Counted from the stretch's first letter, positions 40,286 to 54,789 are shown. The stretch: DNA of 64,000 nt from Octopus sinensis (GCF_006345805.1 NC_043005.1:65162001-65226000); one strand, 5' to 3'. Notes: generated from the sequence alone by a model not told the origin. A program made the numbers and translations.

Positions 40286-42160
40286 CTTCGTAACACCGGA
40301 GTGTTTAGCCATCTGTCAAGTCAAAGTACACGGCCATCTAACGAGATCCTTTAGCATTGCTCGCTCGGTCCGTCAAGGTTTCCCACTGTTCCCTTTTGGA
40401 CGTGCTAACCCTCGAGCCATTACAAAGGAAGTTCCATATTTCGAGGGGGCTTTCCACGTGATCTAGGATATAGAATGTCCCTGTCGGCTTATGCGGACGA
40501 CATCACTGTAACAGTGTCGGACAGGTCGGAAATCGAGGTGAATGGCATTACTTTAAGGGAGTACGAAGCGGTGACAGGAGTAAAAATTAACCAGAAAACG
40601 TCGGTGGGCCTGCAGCTCGGCACCTGGAGTGGCAGGTTCCTGCCAACCGACAACGTTGTAGGGCGCTGGACGGAAGGACCGGTTAAATTGCTTGTGGTCT
40701 GGTTTGGTCCGCACCTACAGGTGGACAAGAACTGGGGAAAGGTGACGAGCAGGGTAGCCAATCTCTCCCAGAAATGGGCAGATAGGAAGCTGTCCCTGAA
40801 AGGTCGGGAGGAAGTGGAGAATGCGTACATTGTTTCCGTGATCTATTACCGACTGACCGTCGTCCCTTGCTCTGCTTCATGACTGACCAAGCTTTTCCGC
40901 ATCTTGCGGTAGAGACGTGTTCTGCTCGTCAGACGGTCCACCTGCTTTCAACAGCCACTGAGTGGAGGACTGGGAATGCCGTGGCTAATGATGCGCAGAC
41001 ACGCGCTGAAGCTACATCTCCAACATTATCTTAACGGTGAACGTGTGTGGCCGTTTGTCAAGCAGAATTTTTCACAGCTCGTCTCATTGACGGAGTTACG
41101 GCCTTGGATCAAACGTAGACCAAGAAAGAGGGCTTGGCAGCTGGAGTGTCAGCAAGCGCTCACAACTTTCTGCAAGTCGGGAAACGTGGTTGGTGGAGGT
41201 TTTATCGGGAATTAGTGATGGGCAAGAGTGACGACATCCTTGGGAAAACTCTGGGTGTCAGGAGAGATCAGATAATTGATCTGTTCCGTACTTTCGAGCT
41301 GGAGCCTATGGATAACTTCCAGAAATCCATGGCCTGGCAGTGCTACGGTTTTGCTCTGCCGGCTCGATACAAGCTCTAAAGACACGGTAGTACTCTCAGA
41401 CGGACCTCTCTGAGGTGTGCACAGGGTTACGAAACTGTCCTGCACACACTCGTCCAGTGTCCGTGCATTAGTCGAACAGCTGTTGTCTGTAGGACGGATC
41501 CAATTATCAGCCGAATCCACCGTGAAGTCTGGTGGCTATGACGAAGGAGGTAATGTGGGGGTCGAGACTGAAAGGACTAAAGACAGTTACTTTCTTCTTC
41601 AGCCAATCCCTCATCGACATATTCAAGTTACACTTGAAAAGGAAAGTGGGGGTAGAGTTCTGCCTCCCAGTAAGTTTATTGAAATGTGGGTGTATGTGGT
41701 GAGGATTGCTTGTGTGAACTTTCGTTTGTAAACAAGAGGAGTTGAGAAGGAGAGAGGAACCTGCTGAGGCGCACCTGACGGTCGGGATAACCAGTTTGTG
41801 TGAACATTATTTACATTATTTACATTCGACGGATATTTCTCCTTATCTTGTTTGTTGTTAACGAAACCTTGAGTTAACAACAAAGATGAGGACAAATATC
41901 CGTCGAATGTAAATAATGTAAATAATGTAAATAATGTACATAATTCCTCATCTCTTAAATATAGAACAGTTTGTGTGAAGTTCTGCGGTTGTCCCTGTGA
42001 GGGGCTCCCATTTGGGGGGGGGGGATTTTTTATTGTTTAATTGTTTTGTTATTTGTTTTATGTTATTGTATACATAGCATTGTTCAATACCCCACTTGTC
42101 CCTTGTGTTAAATTGTCCTTATTTGTTCTATGTTCGGGCCTTGTGACCAATAAAAGAAAT
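40285..42160 (+). mobile_element. 5'-truncated Tx1/L1-clade LINE flanked by (TTA)n
   Basis: Translation includes SVRQGFPL, AYADDITV, KINQKTSVGLQLGTW, LSLKGR..V..YRL and RCAQGYETVLHTLVQCP (zinc knuckle). The 3' UTR ends CAATAAAAGAAA followed by (TTA)n, and (TTA)n is also present at the 5' junction. Confidence 0.88.
41805..41966 (+). mobile_element. Hairpin insertion of the 9.3-kb element tail, with a 13-bp direct repeat
   Basis: CAGTTTGTGTGAA at 41792-41804 and 41967-41979. The inverted arm 41805-41862 pairs with 41873 to about 41927. The forward part matches 9319-9417. Confidence 0.88.
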
Positions 42161-42162
42161 TA

Positions 42163-42207
<45 letters not shown>

Positions 42208-42321
42208 TATTATTATTATTATTATTATTATCATCATCAGTCATGATGTATTTACTTTTAATTGGATGTGTTTGTTTAATTCTACCATGAAACTACCACG
42301 TAGCAACCAAGACTATATATA

Positions 42322-42377
<56 letters not shown>

Positions 42378-45300
42378 GAGGTAATAATAGATTTTAATGG
42401 TAGTCGTGACGCTCAATCGAAAATACATTAATAAGACAACGGCGCTTTGTGAATTTAGACGAAGGTCATGGGTAAAATAGAAACTAACATTTCGGTGATA
42501 TTGATATGTCCGCCTAGAGAGGCAGGTTAAGAAATTGAATTTAAATCAGATAAAAAAAATAGTGTTTCTACATCACAGACGGAGAAACTGCTCGATTTTT
42601 AGTGCCTGCCTTGTCACTGAACAATAGCGTAACAGACTATTTCCCAAACACATGAACAATTTACATTACCCTTGGGACAGAGATGGACATTGTCGTTAGA
42701 GACAAAATTATTGACACAAATGCGTAGAATTTGTCTGCATAGACAGTATTCAAAGTTCATTGTTAAAATACCATGTTGAACACATTATATCTCAGTCAAT
42801 ATGGAAGAGTTTTGTCTTTAATCGGTGTATGTGTATGTGTATATGTGTCAGATAAAAATGAGAAAAAGATAGAGAACGTGAGACATGGTGTTGTTTAGGG
42901 AGTGATGGCTCCGTCAGTAAGTAGAGAAAATTTCCCACTTAATTACAATTTGTTTGATCGAAGTTTTCGATTTGAACATTTTTGTGCTAAAAGCCAATAT
43001 ACATTAAAATTAGTGAATAACAACCAATGAGATACCAAAGAAGAAAGCCGGTTAATAATATAACTTCCAAGCAACAAGACTGTTAATCGAATTAATAAGA
43101 ACAGCACAGTTCACTTCGTAACTAAAGACATTATAAGTTACACCAGTCGCTACATTAGCACACACTCCTCCATCCACATCAAGAACGAATGCTTTTTTTA
43201 AATCTCAATAACGATAACAGAATGGTTATACTGTCCGAAAGTAAACTTCATCGTTTTTCGAAATCTTCGACATAGTGTACCAAACGCTTGAATCAATATA
43301 AGTAACAGCCTGATCTCGCAGTCCGTTTTGGCTCATGTTGGGATGTAAGAGTAGATTCTCTGATCTTTTTTAGTTCTTTGTCAAGGAATACAACTTTCAA
43401 TTAGATAATACTGACAGTCTGACGCCGGCCTATAATATCTAATACGTAATACTTAGGCGTGTGACGAACAGCTGTTATATGAGCTCAAACATTGTATTTG
43501 AAGTGCTTTACTTTAAAAACCATCGCTTACAAAAACGTTAGAGTATTTTCGCCTCAGTTTCTTTTTAGATACTACCACAACACTTCGTTATTTACATGGA
43601 CTCGTGAATCTAGCATATTTTTCATTCAGTAGACACATTTAGTCACATCGTGGGGGCATATATTCAGTGTTTTGATTGTTAAGGGTGATCTCCTTCCGTT
43701 CAGGCAACCTAAGTATAGCTCCAGATACCAGTTCTGCGGTGATACAGTTTAAGTCAGCTAATGTTGCCCGTATATATCAACGAATAGAGTTAAGTTGTTC
43801 ACAGATCCTAACCTTCAGCGGACGATAGATTCTCTCGTCTGTTACTCTGGCCTGAGAAAGAAAGTGTGTAATGCATGCATGTCAACATCCACGTAGGTTG
43901 GCCATTGCGATAAAAAGACCTTTTCAAACAGCAGCCCACGTTCAAAACGTGGCGTTCTTATAGTATCTAAAGAACTAATGAGAAAATACGTTATTGTTTT
44001 TTTATAAACAATGATTTCTTCAGCCACAATATCTGAAGTCATAGAGAGCTTTTCAAGCAGATCCTCAGAGAAGACGTACTCAGCTTCCTTGCTATCAATA
44101 GCATAGATCACCTCCTATATAAAACTGACATATACTATACAAGCACAATGGTCGGTAGACTAATTTGCATATTTGTGCTAATGATATTCATCATTAAGCA
44201 ATTTTATATCCTGAACAGCTTATCAGAAGAATTGAAATACATTTAAACATTTTGAGACCTAACTGTAGTCTGTTGTGCCTGGGGAGAGTCATTTTCTTTT
44301 TGTGCCTTATAATGTAACACACTCACCGGTAAAATTTCCACTTATTTCTTATTTATAATTTCCTAAAATTTTCGTTGCGTCTTGCAACCTTTTCAATAGT
44401 CTTGACTCTATCCATTATTTCCACTGCGTTCCTTTTTGTTTGTTTGTGCGCATGTATGTGGGTCAGTGTGTGTGTGTGTGTGTGTGTGTGCCTATGCATG
44501 CATGTATGTATGTATGTATGTATGTATGCCTGTGTGTATATATATGTGTGTGTGTATGCATATGTATATATGTATGTGTGTGCATCAGTATGTATTATTC
44601 TGCATATTCATGTGCTTGCGTGTCCATGTTTGTGGGCTTTTTATGTATGTGTGTGTGCTTGTATATGTATGCACCTATGTTTCCTTGCGTGTGCATGTCT
44701 GAGTGTGTGTATATATGTTTTGCAACTATGTACCGTGTTTGAATGTATGGATATTCATCTCTATATGTGAGGACACGTGTCTTCATATGTGTCCATGTGT
44801 GAAGTAAAGTGTGTGTGTATATATGGTCATGTGTTTCAGTCTCCATTTGCGTATGCGTGCTTGTCTGTTCATATAACCTATGTACCTATCCGTCTATATG
44901 TTGATCTGTTTATTTTCAAATCCTTACTGTAGGTTAAATAAGAATGTAAACATATTATTTCTATGCTACTGGTGCGCAGGTTACTCAGATGTAACCTGAC
45001 ACCGGTTATTTCTGTGTCTGTGGTATTTTTTTCCCTAAAGTGTCACAGTCTATTGAATGCCATTTAACCGTGGTCAACATCTTGCTCGCTCTATCATGTA
45101 GAATATCGAGTGAAAGTAAAGCTAGTTAAAGTAGTCTCTTGATCTAAACTAACCAAAGGAGGACTAGTACTTAGACTCAAAAATGCTATTCTAACCTAGA
45201 TATTTTGATAATGTAAACATATTCTGCGCCCGCGAACCTGAAAGTAATGTGGAGGGGAGTTAATTTGTCATTAAATGCTTTCAACTCCAACTGAGTTGAG

Positions 45301-45699
45301 TGCTTCTTTCATTTGTTTTATCTTCCGCATCCCTGTAATAGTCTATCTGTAGACGAAAGATAAACAACTGGAGATAGAGTGACTACTGCTGAGTTAAGCA
45401 GCAGTTGTCACTCTACAAAACACTTAAATATCAACTAAAAGATTTTCAATTAACACACTTTATTGATAAAACGGAAAGTATGATCAAAGACATGAGCGAG
45501 AAAGTTATCTTCTTCGAGAATACTGCTGTCATTACAACCGCATATAAATTCGGCTTTAAATCACGAAAGTGTTCTCAGACTAAGAGCGAAGCAGATATGT
45601 ACATAAGCGTAATCTCAATGTCATCAGCTCTGATATCAGAAATGCTACACGACTCTAATCAACCGGTTTCGCTGCATAGAGAATAAAGCATCCTTTAAA

Positions 45700-47000
45700 T
45701 TCACGAGTTTAATATTGCAGATTTAGTCTTCCAACCACTCTGGTTCAACATCCTTCCTTCACCACCACCCTCAAATGTATCTACCCTCTCTACTGCTCTC
45801 CAAGCAACTCTTCCATCATGTTTTTTTTTTTTTAATCTCCAAATTCAACATTTTGTTCCCGGGTGGCTTTCTCACTCATCCTATACTGATATTGCTAGTA
45901 CAGAAGCAAACGTTTGGAATATTAAATTCACTACATCAACAAGTTGCATTCCTTGCACTTTAGACAGAAGCACGGACATTCCAAAATCTTTATCACCTCA
46001 AAACTGCTACCAAACCGTGACTTTCTCTACCAATAGAATCATCCAACCACTGCCTCAACACAACATCTCCAACGCATCTAAATACTACACCTGGGCCCTA
46101 CCACTTATAAGGCATTTCAAATAAGCCTTCTGGCCAGAACTTCACTAATTGTTTTGCGAATTATCTCCCACAAACCCATGATTCACGGCTTACCCATAAG
46201 AGACAGATCGATAGGTGATTGAAACTATCCTTTTCGATATTTCCTTCCACATTGAGACTCAACAAAAACTCAGAGTCAAAGTTTTCCAAGTTGAAAGTTT
46301 ATTCTCGAGATCAGCAAAAGTTTTGACCATATTTAATTTGCGAATCTCAAAGAGAAATATTCGCATATGGGCACTATCCAACTCACATTGGAGCATGTAT
46401 TGACGGAGATCGTTCTGTCCTACAGTTTATCAACTCTGTTGTGCCCTGGGCTTCAGTTTTGCCATTCACTCTTTTCCGTCAATACATCAATGAACCATTT
46501 ATCATTATCACAACCCCCACTCTTATATAGGTGATTTGACCCTTCATTTATCCTTATCCTGCTTCAAAACGCATAATCCACTCCAAAGCTGCAATGGTAG
46601 ACCGCAACAGCATCTTCAAGTGAGGCCATGAATATCTTGTAACTTTCAACAGCATTTAATAGTGACACTTCTCATATCAAAAAATATCATCATACCAACA
46701 TCTCTTAAAAAGGAGCCGTAGATTACTAGATACCACACGGCTTCTCCAAATCTGAAGCTCCTGTATTACCTAGGATCTCACCTCGCGAAAGCATCGTAGA
46801 AAGCATCTTACTCCAGCTTCTGGGTAGATGGTACTGATATGCATACAGACATTTTGTAAAGCATATTCGACTAATTTGCATAGAATATCACTCAGACATT
46901 CTCCAACCTCTGGTCTGACTTTTTCTAACGCTGGACACCTATTACTCTTAGCTGGCTAGTCTCATGTCTCCTCCACTCTGGTACTGTAGACTCAGTAGTA
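45700..47000 (-). mobile_element. Highly degraded LINE-like sequence
   Basis: Only weak RT-like remnants (SDLEK, resembling DLEKAFD) and purine-rich minus-strand composition. Boundaries are uncertain. Confidence 0.3.
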
Positions 47001-48154
47001 TCTTCTGTTCATCCATGTTGTTTTTAAACCTCGGATCCAATGCTAAGGTCTATGTCTAGCTCTTCCTCCTCAAAACAGTTCTCTAGCAAGTAAAACATAT
47101 TTATAAATCCCACCAAAATCAACTTTGTCTTCCATCTCTTTTGGTTCGATACCTTCCGGTATATACTATGGATCTTTCTATTCTGACAGTGACACTTGTG
47201 TCGACACAAGTGTCATGCTGTAGCGGGCTTTGTCTTTCTTGTGATACCATGAAGAGTGGAAATTTACAATTAAAGACAACGATTAGTTTTCCGGTCTAAA
47301 AGAAAGTAACCTAGCTCCAGGTTGTGCCTTGAAGCATCACTTTTCAAGTGCAGATGCATTGTCTCAAGAGACATCAATATCAAATTATCTCTCTGTTCTC
47401 GTGATGATAATTTCTAACGTTTCGTGTTCTTTACACTGGGTGGATAGAAGAAATTCAAAATATTGATTTTTTTTATATTGTCCATATTGGTTTCATCTTG
47501 CAAATGCATAAATATTATTTCTACGAATGGTTGGTAAAAAAACAATGTTGACTTAAATATTTTGGCTTGCTATCAAAAACAATATTTTGGCGTTCTGCAA
47601 GAATAAATATTGAATATTCCTTGTGTTGGTTTAGGGTATGGTAATATTACTTTTGTTCATAGGTTCCTTTTTTAGAAATCAATACTATTGCTGTCTGGTA
47701 GAATTTACAGAGCGTTTGATTTAATGTATTGTAATAAATACAGATAAAATTCCTTTTGTTAGGAATTCACTCCCGTCTGAATTAACCCTGATTTTTCATA
47801 TTTCCGGAGTCGATAAAGTAAGCCACAGTCAAGTACTGGTATCGAGTTAATCGAATATATCCCACAATATATCCTCGTTCTGGTATTCTAGATCACAATA
47901 AATATATAATTAATATACACTCAGACATGTCAATCGCACGATGTCGAGCCAGAGGATACTTAAGCACAAGTAAAGAATATAGTTATGCTGCATTATCATT
48001 TCTACTTTATAAGTATTTCTGTTGCAAATGTACAAGGTCAACATATATTAAAAGATGAGAAATATGTATGCAACAGGAATATAGCATATTATTAAAACGC
48101 AGACTCTAAATTAAAGAGCTCTAAAGCGAAAAAGTATCGAAAATATACACTTAC

Positions 48155-48269
48155 TGGTCGACGGTGTACTTCTCTTAAGATGCAGCTAAAGATGATGAAC
48201 AGAATATTTCTAAAGACAAATGTTAGCATCAAGTTGCAGTGTATAAGAGTTCGAACACAATGTAGACTC
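48155..48269 (-). CDS. Class B GPCR, ICL1/TM2/ECL1 exon
   Basis: Acceptor cctttatttacag and donor CCA|gtaagtg bound 115 bp, phase 2 to 0. Translation (R)SLHCVRTLIHCNLMLTFVFRNILFIIFSCILREVHRRP contains the class B LxCxRxxIHxNL motif. Confidence 0.93.
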
Positions 48270-50989
48270 CTGTAAATAAAGGAAAAATTACATGAATTCT
48301 ACAAAAGTGTGCAAAACACAGCTAAATAATACTTCCAAGTATTTTTTAAATGATTGTAAGATTACAGTTATTCAATTAGTATTTCACGTAATCATTTTTG
48401 TTTTGTCTTTACTTAAGGTTTAAATTTCAATTAAGAATGTTTAGACAATCTTAAAAGCTACTGGAATATCAAAGACTATGTCGAATTTATTTAAATGTTT
48501 ATGTTAATCTTAGCAGATTCAAATTAGCAATTTGAAAGTAACACTATTCGAAGTTAATACGAATTTCCAGAAACGAATGCTGATTTTGAAGTTTTTTCAT
48601 TATGTGAAAGAACTTGCGCTTATTTGAAAGAAACAACGTGTAGTTAAAACCATTATTTTGTTTTTTAGAAAATGATGATTTTTCATTAAATTACGACTAA
48701 AGAAGTGTGACAGCGAATTTAAGTGCTATTTTTTCCCTGACAACTTTATGAAATTTTGACGAATATTGCTCATTTCGAGATTTTATAGAAAATATTATAT
48801 TTCCTTTATTTTCTGTCAGTTTAATTATTCCAATATGATAAATGTTCCATAAATTTGTTATTTTACTTGATATGAGATGAATTTAGATTCCGGGTTTGAG
48901 ACGAAATTAGGAGACTAATTAGACGTTTAAAGTTATCTTTTTGTTAAGTTAGATATATTACTAGAGCAATCTGTTAATTTAGATCAATTAAGTTTTTGAG
49001 TCGTTCACTCCAGCCAATTACTCGTGTCTACTGAGAACCTTAAACAGTCCCTCTATTATGTTAGCATTTACATACGGCAGAATTGCTAATGAAGGCAAAC
49101 AATATGTTTATTTTCTGTTCCTGACAACCTGATTAATCTTCATTGTTTATTAAGATGCTGCTTAAATATTCATTCATTTCTCGTTTATGTGATCTTAATT
49201 ATATACTCTTACACATAATGATCAATGCTTTTAGACCAGAACTTGTGTATATTGGAATAATTCTTAAAGAAAACAAGGTATTTCTTACACTATCATATTT
49301 AATTAATTCATAAGTAATTTGAGGATTTCTGTTCATCAAACTCTGCTTTCAATTATTCTATTTTCTGTGGACCAACTTAAAAAATGTTGGAAATAGTATA
49401 TCGAAAAAATATGCTTTCCTTTCCTTTTTATATAACGTCTACCTTTGAGAATTTGTCGTCATTGACAACTTCCAAAAACATAACGAATGTCCACGAAGTA
49501 GCATAAAAAAAAGCTACGGGGTAGCGTAAATATTTACAAATTTAAATTTGTTTTTTTTTAATTTTATTTTATTTTGCAGGTATTTAAAATATTCATATCG
49601 AAACCTAGTTGCTGTTACATTGCATGAATAAATGCAATAAACATAGTAAGTTGCTAAATATTGCCATCTAAATTATATATGAATACAAGACAACTTATAG
49701 AAATACGGAATGAGAGTATCCATGTTCTTCCAGACTATAGAAGAGATGTGGGATATGAACAGCACACAGGAAGCATAACCGCGCCAGATTTGGTTGACTT
49801 ATAATCTTGCCATTTCAACTTAAATAAAAACAGAAGCGGCGATTTTATAACCACGTCTAATCATGATTCTCGCACACTTTCAAAACTAGAATAGAACATT
49901 TATAATTTTTAATACAAATCTTTATAAAATTAGCAACTGCATTAATTGATTATTCATTTGTTGGTCTGCTTTTAATTTTGTGTGAACTCTTGTAAACAAT
50001 TGACTTAGATCAATTACAGTGTTCAAGAAGTTAGTAGGAAATTTGAGTGAACTTTGTAAAATGGCTTTATGTAAATATTTGTAATGCTAATTGTTTCTCA
50101 TCTAACTCTCTGTTTAGAAGTAAGTATATCATTTTATTAGCGTTGCGATCGGCAACTGGATGAGACCAACTCAGGAACTGAAATCCTATCTTTTGAAGAT
50201 TAATTTGTTACACGTTGTGATTTGTGAAACAGATTACTGTATAACTATTTGTAACATTCAAATATACAACCAATAAATCTGTTTAGAGATTTTGGTGAGA
50301 CAGTATCCAAATGTTCATATTAAAATCCCAACATCATCATTGAAAAATGATACTCTAACCAACATTAATTTCCACCCACAATGCATCATTGATTTTCTCA
50401 TATCATATCACTACAAATAACTGCCTCTGCTTCTTCTCTAAAATTGAGTCAGAGATTGACATACTTTGCAACCGAAATCCTTAAAAATTGTTTTCATTCA
50501 ATTCATTAATGTATTGTATTCGCAGAAGCTCTAATCATAGCAGAACTGAATCATACACTCCTATTATTTGCCGCCTTTCTTATAATTGTTCTCATATAAA
50601 CATCTTGATATATATTCATTATCAATGTTCGTATTTATTCTTTTCTTTCTTAGTTAATAGTGTAGATATTATTTTTAGCACAATGTCTCGTTGTTCTTCA
50701 AACCTTATCTATATGAAAGTTTCGAAGTATGTTAGGGCCAACTAGTAATATTTATTACTCTATTTTCATGTTATCTACCAATGATAAGGTTTTATTGTGA
50801 ATTTCTATTCGTCTCAATCGTTATACAAAAGCGTTGGGCTGAACAGTAAACTATAATGAAAAACACTTCAATTTAACAACATTGTTTCTACTTAATCACT
50901 TACATTCTAAAGACAACAAGCAAGGAGCTATCTCATTTGCTTTGAGAGGGAGGAAGATTTTCGTCGACCGGTTGTCTTCAGCTCAAAAT

Positions 50990-51216
50990 ATATATTTCTT
51001 TACTACCCACAAGGGGCTAAACACAGAGGGGACAAACAACGACAGACAAACGGATTAAGTCGATTACATCGACCCCAGTGCGTAACTGGTACTTAATTTA
51101 TCGACCCCGAAAGGATGAAAGGCAAAGTCGACCTCGGTGGAATTTGAACTCAGAACGTAACGGCAGACGAAATACGGCTACGCATTTCGCCCAGCGTGCT
51201 AACGTTTCTGCCAGCT
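50990..51216 (-). mobile_element. SINE family B (Meta-domain-like), best-preserved copy
   Basis: Head AGCTGGCAGAAACGTTAGCACG..GAGTTCAAATTCC and core GTCGACTTTGCCTTTCATCCTTTCGGGGTCGATAAATTAAGTACCAG. Confidence 0.85.
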
Positions 51217-51885
51217 TAAGAAATATGACACTTTTCTTTTGGATAAACATATCAAATATCACCGAATAATTTAATTAGGTCATTGCACGCATTGAGATAC
51301 AAATAATTATTTATTATTCTTAACACAGACATACTGTTATTCACGCACGAATATCTCCCTTTTTAAAGATCAATTCCATTATTCTTACTGAAAGTTTATT
51401 CCAGTTAGACAGCAACTCATTTGCTAGGAAATCATTTTTAAGACGAACGGTTAACGTAGTTATTACTGATTTATGAAATAAACTTACCGAGATACTGAAA
51501 CTAAGTTTGGGTTGTAATTAACCATTATTATAATATTAACCATTATTATAATAGCCAACCATTATTTAAGAAGTTAATGACATTCGCATTTAAATTATTA
51601 ATTTTAATAACTTTTGCTAAGGGAGAATATTTCGGATATTTCACACATCAGGTATTATTTCTAATTTTGATAGCGCCATTTTTTCAGTTCGTCATTAAGA
51701 TGTATGTGTGTGGAGCGTGTGTAGATGTAGGTATATATATACATATATATCTGTGTGTATATATATATGTGTGTATACATGCATCTATATTTATGTGCCT
51801 GTGTGTGTATGTATGTATGTATGTATGCATGTATGTAAAAATGCACACGCGCACACATCAGTACACACAAACATATGTACATACA

Positions 51886-51962
<77 letters not shown>

Positions 51963-52471
51963 TGTGTGTGTGTGTGTGTGTGTGTACTTATGTATGAATG
52001 AGAAAAGGAAAAATGGAGAAACTGACATGCAGATATCAGTTTGTTTAAAGATACTCGAATCCATATAAAAAAATTCAGGAGAACTAGGATGCTAACATCC
52101 CTCAAAGGATTATAAATCCTTGACAAAATATATATATATATATATATATGGGATTGTAAAGATTAATTCCTTGATGCTCTTTGGAGTTTTTCAAAGACAG
52201 ATTAATTTCTTTCCCTGCAGTTTTTCCATAGAGATTGTCTGAATATAATTGTAGTTTGACAGTTCTATGGTTAATGCCATCTTTATAGATTAGATTAGAT
52301 TAGATGAATTTCTTTTTTATGCACAGCTCAATTGAAAATAAATAGATGGAGTGGAAGATATTAAAGATTATTTAAAAAATACTATATTAAAAGTGTATTC
52401 AATACCTAAATGTTATTTCTATGCTGATTTTTTTTAATAGTTTAAAAGTGTAAATAAGATGTCCGACTTAC

Positions 52472-52572
52472 CTGAAATATCTGAAGATGAAGAGTGAAAT
52501 AAGAAGAGATATAGTTGAAAGAGAATAGCCAACATACAAAATACTTGTCTTTGCTGTCAAACGTCGAAGATT
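52472..52572 (-). CDS. Class B GPCR (CRF/DH44-receptor-like), TM1 exon
   Basis: Acceptor ...atctcaattctag and donor CAG|gtaagt bound 101 bp, phase 0 to 2. Translation NLRRLTAKTSILYVGYSLSTISLLISLFIFRYF(R) matches the class B TM1 pattern YxGYxLSxxxL..SLxIF. Joins in frame to the 48269 exon (AG+G = Arg). Confidence 0.9.
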
Positions 52573-53190
52573 CTAGAATTGAGATAAATATAAAAATGAG
52601 TATTTAAGCAAGGAATTAACTGCATTGGTTTTTTTTTAAAAAAACAAAATTGCTCATAATTCATGTTTTGTAAAGCGTGTAAATAAGAATTACAATATTG
52701 TCCATATGTATGCCGAATAAAATGCATTTATTTTACTTCCATAGAATAATAATGTTTACGTGGTTTCCTTCGGGGTGACAGCTATTAAATGGGAAGTACT
52801 CAGTTCTTCATGATATGAGGCAACGTCAGAAATTTCAATTTGAAATTAAGGAATTATAAGGAAAAAGATGCCGTGCATCTTTTTACATGTATTTATTGCT
52901 TACTTATTACGAAGATCTTACAATTACAAATTGGTGGTTATCAAATATAGCACTACACCATTACAAATCGCCAGCATCATAAATAACCTGTGACTTATTA
53001 ATCAAATATTATTTTACAAAGGGAGGCAATACGTTAACAATGATTAAAATAATTACAATCTGATGGAAAACCATGGAATCTTTTTTTTATTTTTCATCAT
53101 AGAATCTCAGTAGTTTACACTTCGAGAGAAAAGAAAGAACGTCGATAGTGTTTACATACAAATTCATCGCTCTTTCGAGGGGAATTGTAT

Positions 53191-53610
53191 TTACTCTTTA
53201 CTCTTTTACTTGTTTCTGTCATTTGACTGTGGCCATGCTGGAAAACCACCTTTAGTCGAGCAAATCGACCCCAGGACTTATTCTTTGTAAGCCTAGTACT
53301 TATTCTATCGGTCTCTTTTGCCGAACCGCTAAGTTACGGCGACGTAAACACAACAGCATCGGTTGTCAAGCGATGTTGGGGGACAAACACAGACACACAA
53401 ACATATACATACATACATACATATATATATACATATATACGACGGGCTTCTTTCAGTTTCTGTCTACCAAATCCACTCACAAGGCTTTGATCGGCCCGAG
53501 TCTATAGTAGAAGATACTTGCCCAAGGTGCCACGCAGTGGGACTGAACCCGAAACCATGTGGTTGGCAAACAAGCTACTTACCACACAGCCACTCCTACG
53601 CCTACGCCTA
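53191..53610 (-). mobile_element. SINE family A copy
   Basis: Full-length match to 3043-3469. Confidence 0.88.
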
Positions 53611-53711
53611 TTTGGTGAAAATGTCTTATAATTTCAGTCTCGGCTACAAACAAACTCCACAAACCGTTTGCTCATACACTCTATGAAGCGTGGACGAACG
53701 ATTCAAGCTAT

Positions 53712-53925
53712 TATCGGCGAGCTGGTAGAATCGTGAGCACGTCGGACAAGATGCTCAGCGGCATTTCGTCTTTCTTTATGTTCTGAGCTCAAATTCCGCC
53801 GTGGTCGACTTTGTCTTCAATCCTTTAAGGGCCCATAAAATAAGCATCAATTGAGCATTGAAGTTGATGTAATCGACTTACCCTCTCCTCCGAAATTGCT
53901 GGCCTTGTGCCAAAATTTGAAATCA
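53712..53925 (+). mobile_element. SINE family B copy
   Basis: Match to the head and Meta-like core. Confidence 0.7.
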
Positions 53926-54789
53926 TTATTAATAATAATAATTCGTCGTGATCTAACTGAACAGGCATCTCTCTATAAGCACACTCTCTTTGACCTTTGA
54001 CAATTTTTAATGGATTCTTGAGAAATCACAGCTGGAATTTTTCAAATACACGTGATTTTCCATGTGATGGTACACCTTACAAGGGAGTCAATATGAAGAG
54101 GAATAATAAAGTGTATTTAGATGAATGGAAATACATTATGTGTATGTATGTATGTATGCATGTATGTATGTATGTATGTATGTATTTATGTATGTATGTA
54201 TGTATGTATGCATGTTTGTGTATGTATGTATGCATGTTTTTCCTTTGAGTTTAATTTAAGTTCCCCTTGAGAGATTGCAAGCTGGTTACTAACAAAGCAA
54301 CAAGACTTTTTGAGTTAAGAGAGTTCCCGGTGTTTGTAATTATGAGGGTGAGTTTGTGTGTTGGTTGAAATGTCGATGCATACACCCAAGTTTGTGCATC
54401 TATTCACATAAGAATCTCACAGGGAGAAGTCTTCGAATATCTTACAAATCTTCACTGTGCCGCTGGAATCCGTGTCAGTGCCTTTCTCGTTTTCCGTGAA
54501 ATCAAGTATTTCTAGGCTTTTGGACAAATTTGTTGGTACATAACTTAATGCACCTCCGTTGACAGGAACAAATCAGAATTTATAGTCAGAGACGCGCACA
54601 AACACCTAACAAAATGTATATGTGAGTGTGCGTGCGTGTGCATCTTTGCGCTTATGTTTGTCTCTAAATATTTGACTAAAAGATGTTGGTTTGTTTTATA
54701 TCAGAATTAGGAAATTGGCTAAAAGTGGGCGATAAAAATAATAGATTTAAAATAAATACTGGGATCGATTTGATCGAAAGATGATAGAA

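Noticed and set aside
45645-45720. Minus-strand GCAGC-GAAACCGGTT
   Set aside because: No recognisable CUGANGA upstream.
49443-49513. ATSWTFVMFLEVVNDDKFSK as TM2/ECL1 exon
   Set aside because: No HxNL motif and the wrong start phase. The true exon was found at 48155-48269.
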